64,000 nt of DNA from Eledone cirrhosa (lineage: Eukaryota), in assembly GCA_964016885.1 (NCBI GenBank), contig OZ024753.1, positions 41,292,001-41,356,000 on the forward strand, in the 5' to 3' direction. Below are positions 26,280 through 40,881 of this stretch, piece after piece. Position 1 is the first letter of the stretch. Every line of letters begins with the position of its first letter. Below the pieces are notes generated by a model. That model searched no databases. It was not told where the DNA came from and saw only the letters and a list, made by a program, of their open reading frames with translations. A program made the position numbers and the translations under genes.

Positions 26280-26785
26280 ATATTGTTATACTTTGGGAGG
26301 GTCATGTTGCCAATAAGAAACACACGCACCAGTTGCTTTCACTTCAATTTAATTTATTATATATTTATAAATTTACAAATTTATAAATTTCTGGTTGGTT
26401 GGTTGGTTCCACAACCAGATAGTTGTTTATATATATATAGTCATAGTTCTTTCGTCACACACTCTGTGACCTCTTCAGTGACTGGGGAAAGGCACAGAAA
26501 CGAAGAAAGAAATCCCCAGTCACTGAAGAGGTCACAGAGTGTGTGACGAAAGAACTATGACTATATATATATAAACAACTATCTGGTTGTGGAACCAACC
26601 AACCAACCAGAAATTTATAAATTTGTAAATTTATAAATATATAATAAATTAAATTGAAGTGAAACAACTGGTGCGTGTGTTTCTTATTGGCAACATGACC
26701 CTCCCAAAGTATAACAATATCGGTTTCAACACACGATTTCAGATAAAGAATCTTGCTAAACAAATTCAGAAACGAAATATATATA
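26280..26785. mobile_element. TA-embedded fold-back element with hammerhead, family P6
   Basis: About 208-bp arms (26280-26488 / 26513-26720). Related copies at about 50385-50537 (47-bp perfect palindrome), 7305-7565 (decayed) and 23720-23845. Confidence 0.85.
26518..26562 (+). ncRNA. Type I hammerhead motif (mirror copy on minus strand at 26439-26483)
   Basis: agtca CTGAAGA g-gtcaca-gagtg-tgtgac GAAA gaac TA tgact; perfect 5-bp stem I. Confidence 0.82.
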
Positions 26786-27288
26786 TATATATATACATCT
26801 AAATAATTTATCTATAGGATATGATTACATTAATCTTCAACATGTATGTATAAATGATATACAAGATGAGAAATAACTATTTACATGGACATATGTAGGG
26901 TTAGAACCCAGGAGACGTTGATTGGAAAGTGAACTTCTTACTGTAGCAAGAAGATATAGAAAATGTATTGTGTGTACGTGTGTGTATGTTTGTGTGTAAA
27001 TTTTAAAGACCTATACACACACACTCACACTCATACACATACATACATACGTGCATATATATATATTTGTATATATATATATAGAAATATATATATATAT
27101 ATTAAGGAGTCGATCGACTTTCGTCAAATCGGACCGAGGGAACAATGTTTCCGTCGGTCTTTCCAATTGCTAATACTATCTATCGGTCGCAACTCCAGGT
27201 AGAAGGAGCAACGTGAAATAAAGTGTCTTGCCCAAGGACATAACGCACCACCTGGTCCAGGAATCGAACTCACAACCTTATGATTGCG

Positions 27289-27350
<62 letters not shown>

Positions 27351-30222
27351 CTTATAGCATATTTTTTATGGCTGATTGTCTCTTACTGGGATATTAAACT
27401 ACTTTTATTATCCACATTATTTCACATATATGATGAAGTTATTGGGGTCATTTATTCTCTGATGTCTCCTTTACATGAAAATACACCAGTACTAATCTCC
27501 ACGTTTTTCTTCAGAAACAGTAATGTATGTTTAAGTTAATATGTCGGACACGAAATTCTATAGTAAACTAATTCTATTTCTTTCGCAAATTTTAGTAGAA
27601 AATGATATCTAGCAATCTCTTCAGATAAATACTGAAGCTTCTTCAGTATCCTCGATAAATACTCAAGTATGGCTAATAAATTTCTCTTTTCGTTTGGCAG
27701 ACGTATGACTTTTTCTCTTAATTAATTCCCAGTCACAAAGAAAATATCATTCCAGAGACATAAGTATATTCTAATTAATTGTTAATATTGTTGTTACTGT
27801 TGTATCTCTCCCAAGTAACTAATCAAATATTTGATAGAGAACCAAGGCATCGTTTCATTCACTGCGGAATAGTTTCTGATATACTATTCTGTGATTTCTT
27901 TTAGTGTTTCCGTGAAGGTAAACACTTCACTATTCAAAAGAATACTATTCATTCAGTTGTCACGTCTGTTAAAAATCTATTCTTCAAATTCTAAGCTACA
28001 AGCAGACGACAATTACTTTTAAGCAATAAGCAGGCGATAATTATTTGTGAGTCTTCACATCGTCATCATTATCATCATCATTTAGGTGTGAAGAATGTTA
28101 TCTTTTTAGAGATATAGAAAGATCTTTATTTTTTTATTCAGTGTTCACTGAACATTCTAGAAGGTTTCGGAATTAAATACGATAGTAAAATTTCAATACT
28201 TTGTCATTGAATTAGTTCAGTTGTTATATATGTGTAAATGAGTGCTGCCTACTGGTTAGGGTAGTTATCTCACGGTTATGAATTCCATTCTTGGCGGCGC
28301 ATTGTGACTTTGAACCACGACCTTTCGTTTCACGTTGCTCCAGTTGACAAAATATGAGTTGTATTTGTGATTCAAGCGACCAGATTTGTCACACACTGCC
28401 TCATTCTGAATCTCCCGGAGATCTACACTACGAGTACATGTTTCTTCGTACGGTCAGCTATGTGTATGTTAATTTTACAAGCAGACTTATCCCACTGAAT
28501 AAATAAACTGAACTCACGTTGTTGGAACCATCGCAGGTCCAACACATAATATATATTGGCAAAGAAAATATCATACATATAGAAATGTTTATATTAATTG
28601 AAAATTTCAATTAACGTTTCCAATACCAGAGTTTTAATTATATTTTATAAATGAAGCTTTACATATTATTACTACTCCCTGATACAACTAAAGAAATTAT
28701 TGTATTTTTCGAAATATAAGATGTACTATTGTGGAAGATGCTCTTTTATTCAGGAGAGAAAAAAAATGGGAAAAAATTATTGTAGGATTTTATATTTTTA
28801 TTCGATGTATTGGACACATCAAAGTTTTGGTTAAAGAAACGCGTCAAAAAAATAAGGCACGTCTTGTACTTTAGTCTTTTAAAAAATACGGTACTTTGTC
28901 AAATATTATTTTATTCCTTCAGTCAAAGTTACTATTTGCATATCACATAGCATAAAACTGATTAAACAGCTTACTCACTTTGACAGTAAATAATGATACT
29001 GGATGAATCAGCTTAACACTTGCTGTTACAAGCTATTATAATGAACATAACCCTCGTATACAAGCAGCTGGTCACATCCCGAACATTTAATCTATAATAA
29101 ACTGTATGTTAATTTCAAGTTAGTGGAAATCGATATGAATCAGCCTCTGTAAGAAGAACACACTAGGTAGCCAATAATCACGTAGGAATACATTTATAGT
29201 ATTTTTAGCATACTCTTAAGAAAGTTTTCAAACACATAAGTTGGGCAGAAAAGTAATGATTCACCAAATACTTTTTTGATCGTAAAAGAAAATGTATTCG
29301 ACTAGAATTTGTTTTTAAAGAAACAAATCGATAGAAATAATGATGGGAAAGAAGAGAAAGAATCTCTCTGAACTAAAATGATGAATGTTTGTCTTTGTAG
29401 AGGCATAGAGTAAGGGCGGTTCCAGAGGTTGCAACGATGTGCATAAATAAGAAACGTTTATGTGAACTAAAGCATGGCAAATAAATTTAGAAAACACCTG
29501 GGACAAATAAATATTTCGGAAGAAAAATTCTTTATAAAGGAAATTCTATAAGACTATTATTGTGAAATAACTAAAGAAAAAAGAATAAAAGATACTTTAA
29601 GAAACTCAAAAAATAGTAGATTTTATTTTATGAGGATAATCAATAGCAACTCTTTCATAGACTATTAATTCTACCTAATGTTCAATACTCAATTTGTGTG
29701 TGTGTGTGTGTATATATATATGTGTGTGTGTGTGTGGAGGGTTTTTTCTGTGTGTTTTTTTTTTTTAAATATTTGCTATATATTTTTCAATTATCAGAAA
29801 TTATCTTAGCGTAACATTTTCCAAACTGTTGTGAATTTTAAAGGAAAACTACTGAAATAAAAAGAATATATGTGAAACATAATGATTAAATATATTGTCT
29901 AAATAGATGTGAAGATAAAGATAATTCTAAAAAGATGTGTGAAAATAATGGTTTAATGGATACGTAATTCCATGTATAGGAAATACAGATTGTGTATAGG
30001 AAATACAGATTGTAAATATGATAGTGACCACAGTTATAATAATTACAAGAACAATGGTTATTTAACTTTAATTAAAATATACAAATATTACCTAAATTGT
30101 TTACATATATAGACCCATAACACCTGATAGAATCGCGAAGGCAACGTAGTGACATTCGGTATATCTTGGATATTTCTAAACCTGGCGGATCACAGCCCTC
30201 TACTAAACAGAGCCGTTATATC

Positions 30223-30261
<39 letters not shown>

Positions 30262-31019
30262 GGAATGAGATATAGACATAGAGGAAGAATGGACCCCCTC
30301 GAAAGGATGAAATGCAAAGTTGACCTCTACAAGTATAACCTCTGCTTCTTCGCCCACTTGGGTCCCCATTTGCTCACAATAGTGAGAGATAGAGAGAGAG
30401 AGCAGGAAAGACGGAGGCAGATTCAATGAGAGTTTGGTTCTTTTGTGTTCCGACCTGGTGTATATATGTGTATATAATATATGTAATGTGGGAAATATAA
30501 TATAACATTTTAAAATTGTTCTTGTATTCTAAAATGGCTAAGAGATTACTAAAAGAGTATATGCATTGAAAATAAAACTATTATCCAACTGGCTTCGTAT
30601 ATGAGTTAAATCTTGCCATAGTACATATAAGCACGTTTTTCCTCAAAGCAATACGTTTCAAATATTACACTGATTTATAATTCATACATTGAAAATATCA
30701 TGAAAACATACATGAGCTACTAAATATTCTCATAGCAAAAAACATTTTTATCTCAAAGCTATACATTTCTAATTCTGATCTGGCTTATAATTTATACATT
30801 GAAGATATTCAGGAAAACATTGAATCGACAAATAAGTTACTTCTCATACATGAGAAGTATATTGAAGCGCCAAACATCTGTGCTTCCTGTCGATAACCCT
30901 CATACAAAATTAACAGTGTACTGGAAATTTTAAAGACCCTCTCCTAGCCTTCCGATATAACTGAACATGGGTTTACATCTATTAAGTTCCATGAACGACA
31001 CCACATATTTTTAACTTTG

Positions 31020-31333
31020 ATTTTGAAAGTAGGTTTATAATTATTAATTTTCATTGCACTTTTGTAGTTGTCTCTGTGGCCTATTTCTAGGAATCATAGA
31101 CAGTGGTGATCTTGGTCTGAAGTTCGATCCTGGTCGGAGTAGGGTTCCCGGTAAACCTTTTCATTTTTTTTTCTATGGTATGTAAAATAAAAACTGAAAA
31201 AACTACATGTACCTCTTGACCAGGATTGAGCCCAAGACCAGGATCTCCACCGTCTCTAATACCTACAGCTAGGCCACTGAGACAGCACCGAAAGTCTTAT
31301 GAAAATTCATACTTATAAACCTACTTTCAAAAT
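31020..31333. mobile_element. Imperfect inverted-repeat element with tRNA-like sequence in each arm
   Basis: About 120-bp arms starting ttttgaaagtaggtttataa, each containing gtggccta and a B-box-like gttcgatcc/gctcaatcc. Confidence 0.65.
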
Positions 31334-31579
31334 TACAATACAAAATGAAGAAGAAGTAGAAGAAGAAGAAGAAGAAGAAGAAGAAGAAATATGACAGAAC
31401 AGGTTGAAAATGTTCACTTTCACAAGAACATTTAAAAGCAATCAGTCTCACACTGTACACTGTTACACTGCCGATCTCTTGAAATAGTATAAATATGATA
31501 AAATATATATAATATATAATATAAATAATATATAAAATATAATATATAATAAATATAATATATACAATAAAGATAATAT

Positions 31580-31772
31580 ATAATTGTTTTTACTTTTGTT
31601 ACAAGGCCAGCAATTATCTCAGTAGATTACTGGTACTTTATTTTATCCACACCGTAAGGATGAAAGGCAAAGTTAACCTCGGCGGGATTTGAACTCCGAT
31701 CATAAAGGGCCGTAACTCTTTGCTGCAAAACATGGCGTCCGACCCTCTACCGATACTGCCAATCCACCGCCC
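31580..31772 (-). mobile_element. SINE family A, full length
   Basis: Complete head to tail. Confidence 0.88.
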
Positions 31773-34700
31773 TTATATATAATAAAAATAATATATACAA
31801 TAAGGATAATATATAATGTAGTCTGGGTTTAAACAGAACACGATAAAGCAATTTTGATATTTTTCATTAGTATAAGCATCTTTGTGAATCTATTGGTAAT
31901 AAGCTAAGTTTAATATTTATCTTGACTTTCAGAAAATATTGACTGGATACACGTTTTGTCTTTCTTCATTAGATATTGAGTAGATCTTAAGTGATGTAGA
32001 ACAGCTGACAGTGATTTTCGGTGAAAGCTGTCTGAAATCATTGGACCGTTTTGTATTTTTGTCAAGACGAGATTTGTGTTGGAGACAAGATTTTTGTTTT
32101 AAATCTGTAATCGTATGAAACTATATAGGAAAAAGTAAATATTTTTCTGTGTTAGCGTGCAGAGATCCCTGTCTGTCTGTTTGTCGTATTCATCTTATTG
32201 AATATATCATGATATCTAATCATTAGCCCGTAAATATCAACTTCATACCTCGGATTAAAATAACTTAATTTGTTCTGTTAAAATAAAACATTTCCACAGC
32301 TTCAATGATATACCTGTTTAGAAAATATAACATTTCTCAGCAAGTTAATAAATTCCATGTTACTAACGAGAAAAATAAACTGTCCAATTGGCGTGGTCAA
32401 GAGATCAGACTTAAATTTAGCATTATTTTACTTGACTAGGGCGGTGGATTTGAACTGAGAACGTACTTAATTTGGCAGATCAAAAATTGTGGTCCCCTAA
32501 AATGGTTAAATCTGGGAAGATGGAATCTGTTTGAAAGCCTATCGGATGGGCTATACCTGCAATTCAAAGAAACAGCTTTATCACACAGTGATTCACGCTG
32601 AATTTCCCTTAGAATTACGCAAAAAGTACATGTGTCTGTGAAATGTTAAACAATCTGTATGATAATATCTCGAGCAGGTCATTCCGTTGGTCGAAGAACT
32701 GGAACACTCATCGTCGAAACCGATGAATATCCACTCAATTTCATTAGTCATTATAGAGAAAACAAAAGCTGAAAACCAGTTGTACAGTTCCAGATATTGG
32801 AAATCCCAGAAGTACTAGTTTCAACTTTACTTTTGAAATACATCAGTTATAGAGACATCTTGACAGGTAATAATGGGAAATTAATAAAGAAATTATGGAT
32901 ATTAGTTATTGATGAAGGTGTTGTTGTTTTCTCATCCATTACTTTGAATGCAGTAAAACACACTTCGAACATAAACAAATAGAATAAGAAAGAAACAATT
33001 TCAGACATGTCACTTTCTAGAATGGTTTTCAGTTTTGTTGTTGATCATACTTAAACCACGTTCGAAAATAAAATTGAAATTGCCCATGGTTTCTAAAGAC
33101 AGGATACATTTTGAGAACGCCTAATGTGGATTCTTATCAATAGAAAGAAATATATATATATATATATCAACTTTTTCTTTACTATATTTCTAACGAAAGA
33201 TACTGCTCAATGTGTTTCAATTTATTTTCACCCTTATCAACATTTTGGGGGAATTTAGTAATATAACGAAGCTTCAGTCACAAACTCGAACACCGCTTCT
33301 CATAATGAGGCGGAGAGGAAGATGGTTAAGTACCGGGGATTGACCGACCGCTATTATAATGAAAGAAATCACAGTAAAACTGGGGAGCTTTGTTTCATTG
33401 GTCCGCAGAAAGCTGCTCATCACTCAGCAAGTTTATTTCAATCTACTTATTTTAGACTGGAATCTAATTCCGGGGACACTCCTGTATAATTTATTGATAT
33501 AAATGAAACTTGTAGACAATTAGGAAACCAATCCAACACCGATATCCGTAAAGGTATGTACACTTATGTCATCAAACAATTTGTTTAAAAGGCATGACTT
33601 GTCAAACGAGTGTTAACTGCTGAGATTTATCATTAAGAAGTTAACAAACCTTATTAGAGGAAACGAAGCATAAAGAATCGATGAAAACATTCAATGCTAC
33701 GGAAATGAAAATCCAGTACAGTGATATTGATACTAGAATAACTAGCGGCTTAGTTGTATTGTCTTATACATCAACTGACAACAGCAATGAAACCCACTTA
33801 AAATGTATTTAGTGTGTATGCTGTTTATGTTCGTTCCGTCTACGAGTATTCCAATAGTTTAAACAACAGAAGACTCTTGAAATTAACGTGTGAGTGTCTG
33901 AGCATTCTACAAACATGTCCACGTTTGATGTGGTTCTAGATTAGGTTCAGTGTGAATCATTAGTGTGACAATAAGGGAACTGAAGTAACGCGAAATAAAG
34001 TGTTTTGCACAACACCGGTCCAGGAATCAAAGTTACGACCTTATGTTCGTAAGCCGAACTTTCTAACCACTAAACTACGTGACTTTATTTTCGGTGTCTA
34101 ATATCCTTATTAGTTACCAAATTGTGAATCATTTCTATTGTAATATGTGCATAAGGGCCAGTAACTCCTGGTGGAGGTGTAGCGGTAGATCTCAATTCTC
34201 CTCAGGTTTAAACACGGCCTATTTCTTCCAGAGAAGAAGTGTGAAAGAGATATAGACGAAGAATAAATTGATCTCAGTACTAGACTGATACTTTATTTAT
34301 CGACCTTGAAATGATGAAAGGCAATGTTTCCCTCGGTAGGTTTTTGAACTTTGAAAGCAAAAAGCCGGAACAAATATCGTTTTAACGACTCTGTCAACCC
34401 CCTTTTCATTTCTAGTATAGGTTTAAACTAATATTATTAGGATTTATACAATTCCCACACTAGAATATAAGCATAGAAAAGAGAAGATTGCTCATTTCTA
34501 TAGCGTTCATTACTCAAGTATTTTGACAGATATGCTAAGTGAAACACACTCCCAAACAGTTTTAAGGTGTTGAGAATCTAAAACCGTTATTAGTATTGAC
34601 AAGATTTGAGAATCGTAGGTGGTCAATGAATTTTCTGCTGTGTAAATATCTCACATTAATATGCTGCTATGGAAAACAGACATCATAAGTGAAATCCTGT

Positions 34701-36170
34701 CAGAACATTTGGCGTCAGTACCATTATTGCTAGAACTGGTAAAAGTTGTTTTATGTTTAGATTATGATTGACATATCCGAGAAGAAAGTATGAAAAATAA
34801 AAAAGTAAAAAAAAAAAATAATAATTCATCTCAGTCTACATTTTTTTTATTGTTTTAAGCTGCCAAGTTTAAGGAAAAAAATAGTATGTGTAAAACGCTG
34901 ACACTGGGTTTAAGCAAAACTCGTTATAAATATACATAGTTAAATCTCCAAAGGATCATGCAGTAATATATAATGCATATTCATTAATACAAACTCAAAT
35001 AGACAAATGCAAACGCCTATGTTCACATCTAATTATTCAGCAATAGTTTTTATGTGTGTTATGTATGAATTATTAACGGCCAGTTGATATAATAACAACA
35101 TAGACTTTTTTCCAATAAATAATCTTTTAAATACATGTTCTGCTGATAATTGTAATCATATTATGGAATAATGAAATATATATTTATATTTATATTGGAC
35201 GTAGAACGCATTTTATATTTAAGTAACTCGAGTCTGAATTAGAAGGTTCTAGGTTCGATCCTATTACGTGATATTTCAGGCAAGTATCATTTACCATAGG
35301 CGCAAATTAATCCCTGCTTTGTGAGTAAAATTGGGTAGACAGAAACTGTTTGGAAGCCTGTCTGATGGACTGTATCTGTAATTCAATGGATCAACCTTGT
35401 CACACACTGTGTCACGCTGAATCTCCCTGTCTGGGGAATGCTCAGCCACTTACACATTTATTTGATATATAAAACCATAAAATATGTTTTACTTTCATGT
35501 ATTCCATTCTATAGTTTTTGAAGCAATATCTGTGAAAATTATAATTATGTATACGATAATTTCATCTTATAGTGTGATATTCACGCATCATTGCTGTATC
35601 ATGACACACTCTTTGAGGAGATACAGGGAATAGGTTTCAATCCAGTACATTAGTTGTGCTTGTTTTATCTTCCCCATAAGAATACTTTCATCGATCTAAA
35701 CTTGGCCCCAGCAGAGTTAGAATACGACGTCAAAGAGACGAGACGGAATATTATAAACTATTTAGGTTTCCGCTCTGTAGCATTTATGGTGATTGGTTTC
35801 TTTTGGTCTAAGATGAAGTGATTACAATTGATAGAGGAAGTTATTTGTTGTGTTGTGTTGTTCATGCTTTCCTAGACTCATTATCAGTGTTAATAGATTT
35901 TATATATACTTCAATTAGTAATGGAAACTTCCTAATGGAAACGTTCGAGAGAGAGAGAGCGAGATCCAAATGGAATCATAGATGCACTGTAGTAACATAC
36001 TTGGCCAGTTGAACCTAGTAAAGATCATCCCTCTCCGGATTTGAACAGTATTTTATTGGTATTTATTTTATCAACCACGAAATGATTAAACCATTTTGTC
36101 CGGCGCTCTACCGATTCTGCCTTAACACGGCCGTTAATTGGTTATATATAGCATTCTAGTATATTCATGC

Positions 36171-36220
<50 letters not shown>

Positions 36221-36320
36221 TAAATTTTTGATTCTGAAGAGCAATTTCAGTCGTCTGTGTTGAGCTCGTCTGTCTTCGTGAAACCTTTGGTAAATGGAAT
36301 AATTGTTTTATGTTGTTTAT

Positions 36321-36360
<40 letters not shown>

Positions 36361-36494
36361 ATTTAATATATATATATATATATATATAAAACAAAGAAAG
36401 GTAAACAACCAGGTGGACCGTCCATCACGCACCAGTTCGGATCTAGCTGTCGAATCAGCTGGGGCTCAGGCGTCGGGGTCCTGACTCTTTGCCA

Positions 36495-36525
<31 letters not shown>

Positions 36526-36713
36526 TAAGAGTGTCAAACTGAAGCACGCAAGATTGGTAACTTTATATTTCTCATTGATTTACTGACACCTAGAACTACA
36601 TGGTAAACATAAACCAAATAGATTTGTCTATTTTTAATGGTTAAATTGATTCTTCAATGTTGTAATTGCTTTAGTTTCAACACACGGTCTCGGACATGCC
36701 ACTTACCAGATAA

Positions 36714-36745
<32 letters not shown>

Positions 36746-36773
36746 TTATATATACGTATATATATATATATAT

Positions 36774-36807
36774 ATATCCGTTGAAATTGCTTCTCACACA
36801 TTCATAT

Positions 36808-36853
<46 letters not shown>

Positions 36854-36888
36854 ATGTGAATGTGTGAGAAGCAATTTCAACGGATATA
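36774..36888. repeat. Inverted repeat centred on a (TA)n tract
   Basis: tatccgttgaaattgcttctcacacattcatatgcgca-(TA)n-tgcgcatgtgaatgtgtgagaagcaatttcaacggata. Confidence 0.8.
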
Positions 36889-37399
36889 CTCGATATTCGG
36901 TATCGGAAATCTGTACAAACCCCTCGAGGAAAGTGTTTGCCAATCCTAGATTACTTATTTAATCAACTCTTCAATATAAACTTAGCAGTGCAACTGCAAT
37001 AAACAGTTTGTTGCTCTCGAAACCAATCGATCTGGGTAACTATTAATATTGTTAATTCATCAATTTTCTTGATAACCCACATTTCTTTACTCACATATCT
37101 TCGTCTCGCCACTACATCTAACATTTCTGCTCTAATTCGGGAATATTCCTGGTATCGAGAGAGTGGGTGAAAGGTTGAATTCACACAATTTATAGCGCCC
37201 CGCCCCAGGGTATTGTGATATCTAACATCAAGAGCAAACTTTCCATCCTGCTCCGTTCAAAATCCTATCATCTGCATCCCTGAAAAGATGAAAGGCAAAG
37301 CTAACCTCGGCGGCATTTGAACTCAGATCGTAAAGGGGTGTAATTCTATGCCGTAAAGCATGTTTTCCAACGCTCTACGCACCAACCCGCCACCCTTTT

Positions 37400-37640
37400 C
37401 TGCTGTACTGCCTCTTAACAATGAGTAATTCGCTCCCAATGGTAGTCTTTGCTGTTGTGCTGTCTATTTAACAATGAGTAATTCGCTCTCAATGATACAG
37501 TCTTTGCTGCTGTACTGTCTATTTAACAATGTGTAACTCGCTACCAATGGTAGTCTTTGCTGCTGTACTGTCTATTTAACAATGAGTAATTCAATGATAC
37601 AGTCTTTGCTGCTTTAATATTACTATTATCAATGAGTAAT
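37400..37640. repeat. About 52-55-bp minisatellite, about 4.5 copies
   Basis: Unit ctgctgtactgtctatttaacaatgagtaattcgct..caatg(g/a)ta(ca)gtctttg. Confidence 0.85.
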
Positions 37641-38459
37641 CCGTTCATATATTAAACATAACGTGACTCTGGGTATGTTTAGATATTGCGTGTTTTCATA
37701 TGTTCTTCCATATTTTTGTTATCCTGATTAGCAAGTATGAAAGGAGGTATATGGTTTGTATTATGGAGAGAAGAAAATGGAAAATAAATATGATCGATAA
37801 TTAATGTATAAAAACAGTATTGTAATGCAATATCATCATGACATATGTCAAAATTTCTCTGTAGCTTGTAGACAAATAAGAAATATGCGAATTTATGGTA
37901 GCAGACGTCAGGCGATCTAACATATCAATCTGCAAACAACCATCATTACCATGAGCTTTATTCAGATAGTCGTTCACAGTCTCGTAAATTTATGAAAATA
38001 TCCATTTTGAATGTCAAACAACAATGTCTTGTTAAACGATCGAGTGACATGAGATAATTAGCTTTAGGGGAAATATTCTACAGATGCTTCTATAATTTTT
38101 TTTAATCTAAACACAATTATAGGTTTTATGTTTCGCGCCCGCCCACAATTATATTAAAAGCTAATATAATTTCTTTATATATATATGCCACCAATCAAAT
38201 TAGTGAGTGTGATACAAATTACAACAAATTTGTTTTTCACAAGAAATAGAGACAAAATGGTGGAACACTCTGTTTGTCTATCACTCGGTTAATACAGAAT
38301 AGAAATTGGGTCATAGTTTTAATTCTTCGGAAGCGTGTATGCTGGTCATCTGTGTTTAGGAACCGATAGTGAGAGCTTCGTTTATTTTGATGGAAAAGAA
38401 AAAGAAAGGAAATATGTGACATTCACACTTTCTCGATGAACATTGCCATCATAGTTAAA

Positions 38460-38712
38460 TGTTGTTGTTACAGCTCACACCTCTGCAGGTTTAGTTGGCC
38501 TCCTCCAAGGTATATCTCGTTGGAGGTGTCTTGGGTGATTTAATGATAGGAACCCCAATCCTATCATCTCATTTCTACAGCTGAGTAAACTGGAGCAACG
38601 TGAAATAAAGTGTCTTGCTCAAGGAAACAACATATCACCCGGTCCGAGAATTGAACTCACAACCTTTCGATTGCAAGCTCAATGCTCTAACCACTAAGCC
38701 ATGCGCCTTCAC
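38460..38712 (-). mobile_element. SINE family B, same tail as 16621, with (AAC)n end
   Basis: Highly similar to 16621-16861; flanking repeat agttaaatg. Confidence 0.88.
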
Positions 38713-38816
38713 TTAAGTTAAATGGAACTTGTTTCAAACACTAATCAAAATGGAGCTGTAATGTTGACATTTCAGGACCTTACTTCTGGTTTTACTAGTC
38801 GTAGTACTTTATTCTA

Positions 38817-39050
38817 TACGAGTGTCAGCTGAAAGGTTCATAGGATGACTATGAAGGAGTGATGCTAGAGCTGTGAAATCTTACATGCATCAATTTCAAC
38901 TCTTTTTATTACTAACTGCATTGTTTCCTTCCAAGGACTGTGTTGAAAACTCATTTGGTGATTCCAAGAGAGCATCTTGGATATAGGGTTACTATGAAGG
39001 AATGATGCTAGAGCTGTGAAAACCTGTATACTTTGATTTCAAAGTTTTTG
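38817..39050 (+). mobile_element. Mariner-like DNA transposon end
   Basis: TA-CGAGtGTCAGCTGAAAGGTTCATAGG terminus; related to 43402-43642 and about 60155-60275. Confidence 0.6.
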
Positions 39051-40414
39051 CATTAGCATATCTCTCAATCTAACAATTTCTATAACGTACAATTATATTG
39101 ATTTTGTTTTAAAAGGCAGAGGGCGTGTCTAGCAAGACAAATATAATTGTGTAAAATTATGCTCCCTTAAGGCAAAATATACAGGACAGTTGTGGTACAT
39201 TTACTTTACATATTCTGACCTAATAACTGTAGAAAACTCCCAGGATTCTGTGAATTGGCCCCTTAGATATTTTAATCTTTCTATTAAATTGCTAGTATTA
39301 CATGTGTTCGAGGAATAAAAGATAGTCTTCTATATATTACATGTTCCATGCTTTGTATAATTGCTAGTTGTGTAAATACTCTTATTAAAACTCGGACACA
39401 AATAATTAAACTGATGATGACGATGATGATGATGATGATGACGATTATGATGATGATGATGATTATGATGACGATGATGATGATGGTGATGATCATGGTG
39501 AAAGCGAGTAAATGTAACATAAACCAACATACAAAATATATAATTAAAAACCAAAAATTACTTGAACGTGTTGATATTCCATCTGTTGAAGGGGACGACC
39601 GAGCAAAAAAAATTGGATTTAATATAATATAAATCAAAATGATGGAAATATAATTAATTGCCGAAATTGCCGAGAGAAATAGAGAAAATGAATGTAGACT
39701 AAACATAATCATTATCAAATATTTAAATATATGAAAAGATGTGAAATAATAGCAAAATATTAAATAATTATCCGAATAAAAATGTAATTTAGTTGGTTAA
39801 AAACATTTCTGTGGTGAGTTTGTGATGTTATGTGAGTGTTTATATATATATATATATATACACATTTAATATAGAAAAGGCTTCTACAGGACTAAAAATG
39901 TTTCATTCAGGAGAAATAATCAGGATTTCTCGGAAGGAAGAAGAGAGAGAGAAAAAAGATAGAGAATGAGATATATATTAATTCTAATATATTTAGTTAA
40001 ATTTAATACTGTATGGAAATTCTTCTGATTTTCTCTATGATTATTAATATATTATCGCCTTACGTCAAGCTTCGCAATATATTTATTTGAATTTAATTCA
40101 GTTAAAATATTCATCAAAGTTTACTATCATTTAGTAATATTTGCAATAATTATTGAAAAATATATCTTATTTACTTGTATAATGTTATATATTTCATTAG
40201 AAATGTTGCCTATTTTTTAATTATTTTTTACTAAACTAGTTTCATTAACGTATACAGTTATAATTATTCGCCACAATCAACAAATCTACGTTATATCTGT
40301 ATAAATGTTTTCCAAATTATTAGAGTAAATTATATATAATTTATTTCGTGTTTTATATCATTTCAGTACAAGCTGAAATTATTCGGAAATTGTTCAAATA
40401 GATCTATTTATCCA

Positions 40415-40497
<83 letters not shown>

Positions 40498-40585
40498 GTG
40501 ATAATAATAAATGTGAAGATAATATATATATAAAAATATATAAAAACCGTAGAGCAAATATTTATTAATCTGTTATTATCATATA

Positions 40586-40652
<67 letters not shown>

Positions 40653-40842
40653 ATGTATGTGTGTACGTATGTATGTATCTATATGCCGTTGACATCTGAA
40701 AGAAAAGAATACTCAATACCGAAGTAGAGTTTAAATATTCATTTTATTAAGGCTAAGTAGTGAGTCTTGTTACTCTGGAGTTTCGCCTCTTTATTACAGA
40801 CTCACTAGTTAGCGTAAATAAAATATATATATATGTGTGTGC

Positions 40843-40881
<39 letters not shown>

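Noticed and set aside
33456-33553. Plus-strand exon-like segment (ttttag...AAAG|gtatgt)
   Set aside because: No recognisable coding content or partner exons; such sites arise by chance.
39284-39718. 144-aa hydrophobic ORF as a possible signal-peptide exon
   Set aside because: Hydrophobicity comes from an (ATC)n repeat and T-rich DNA.
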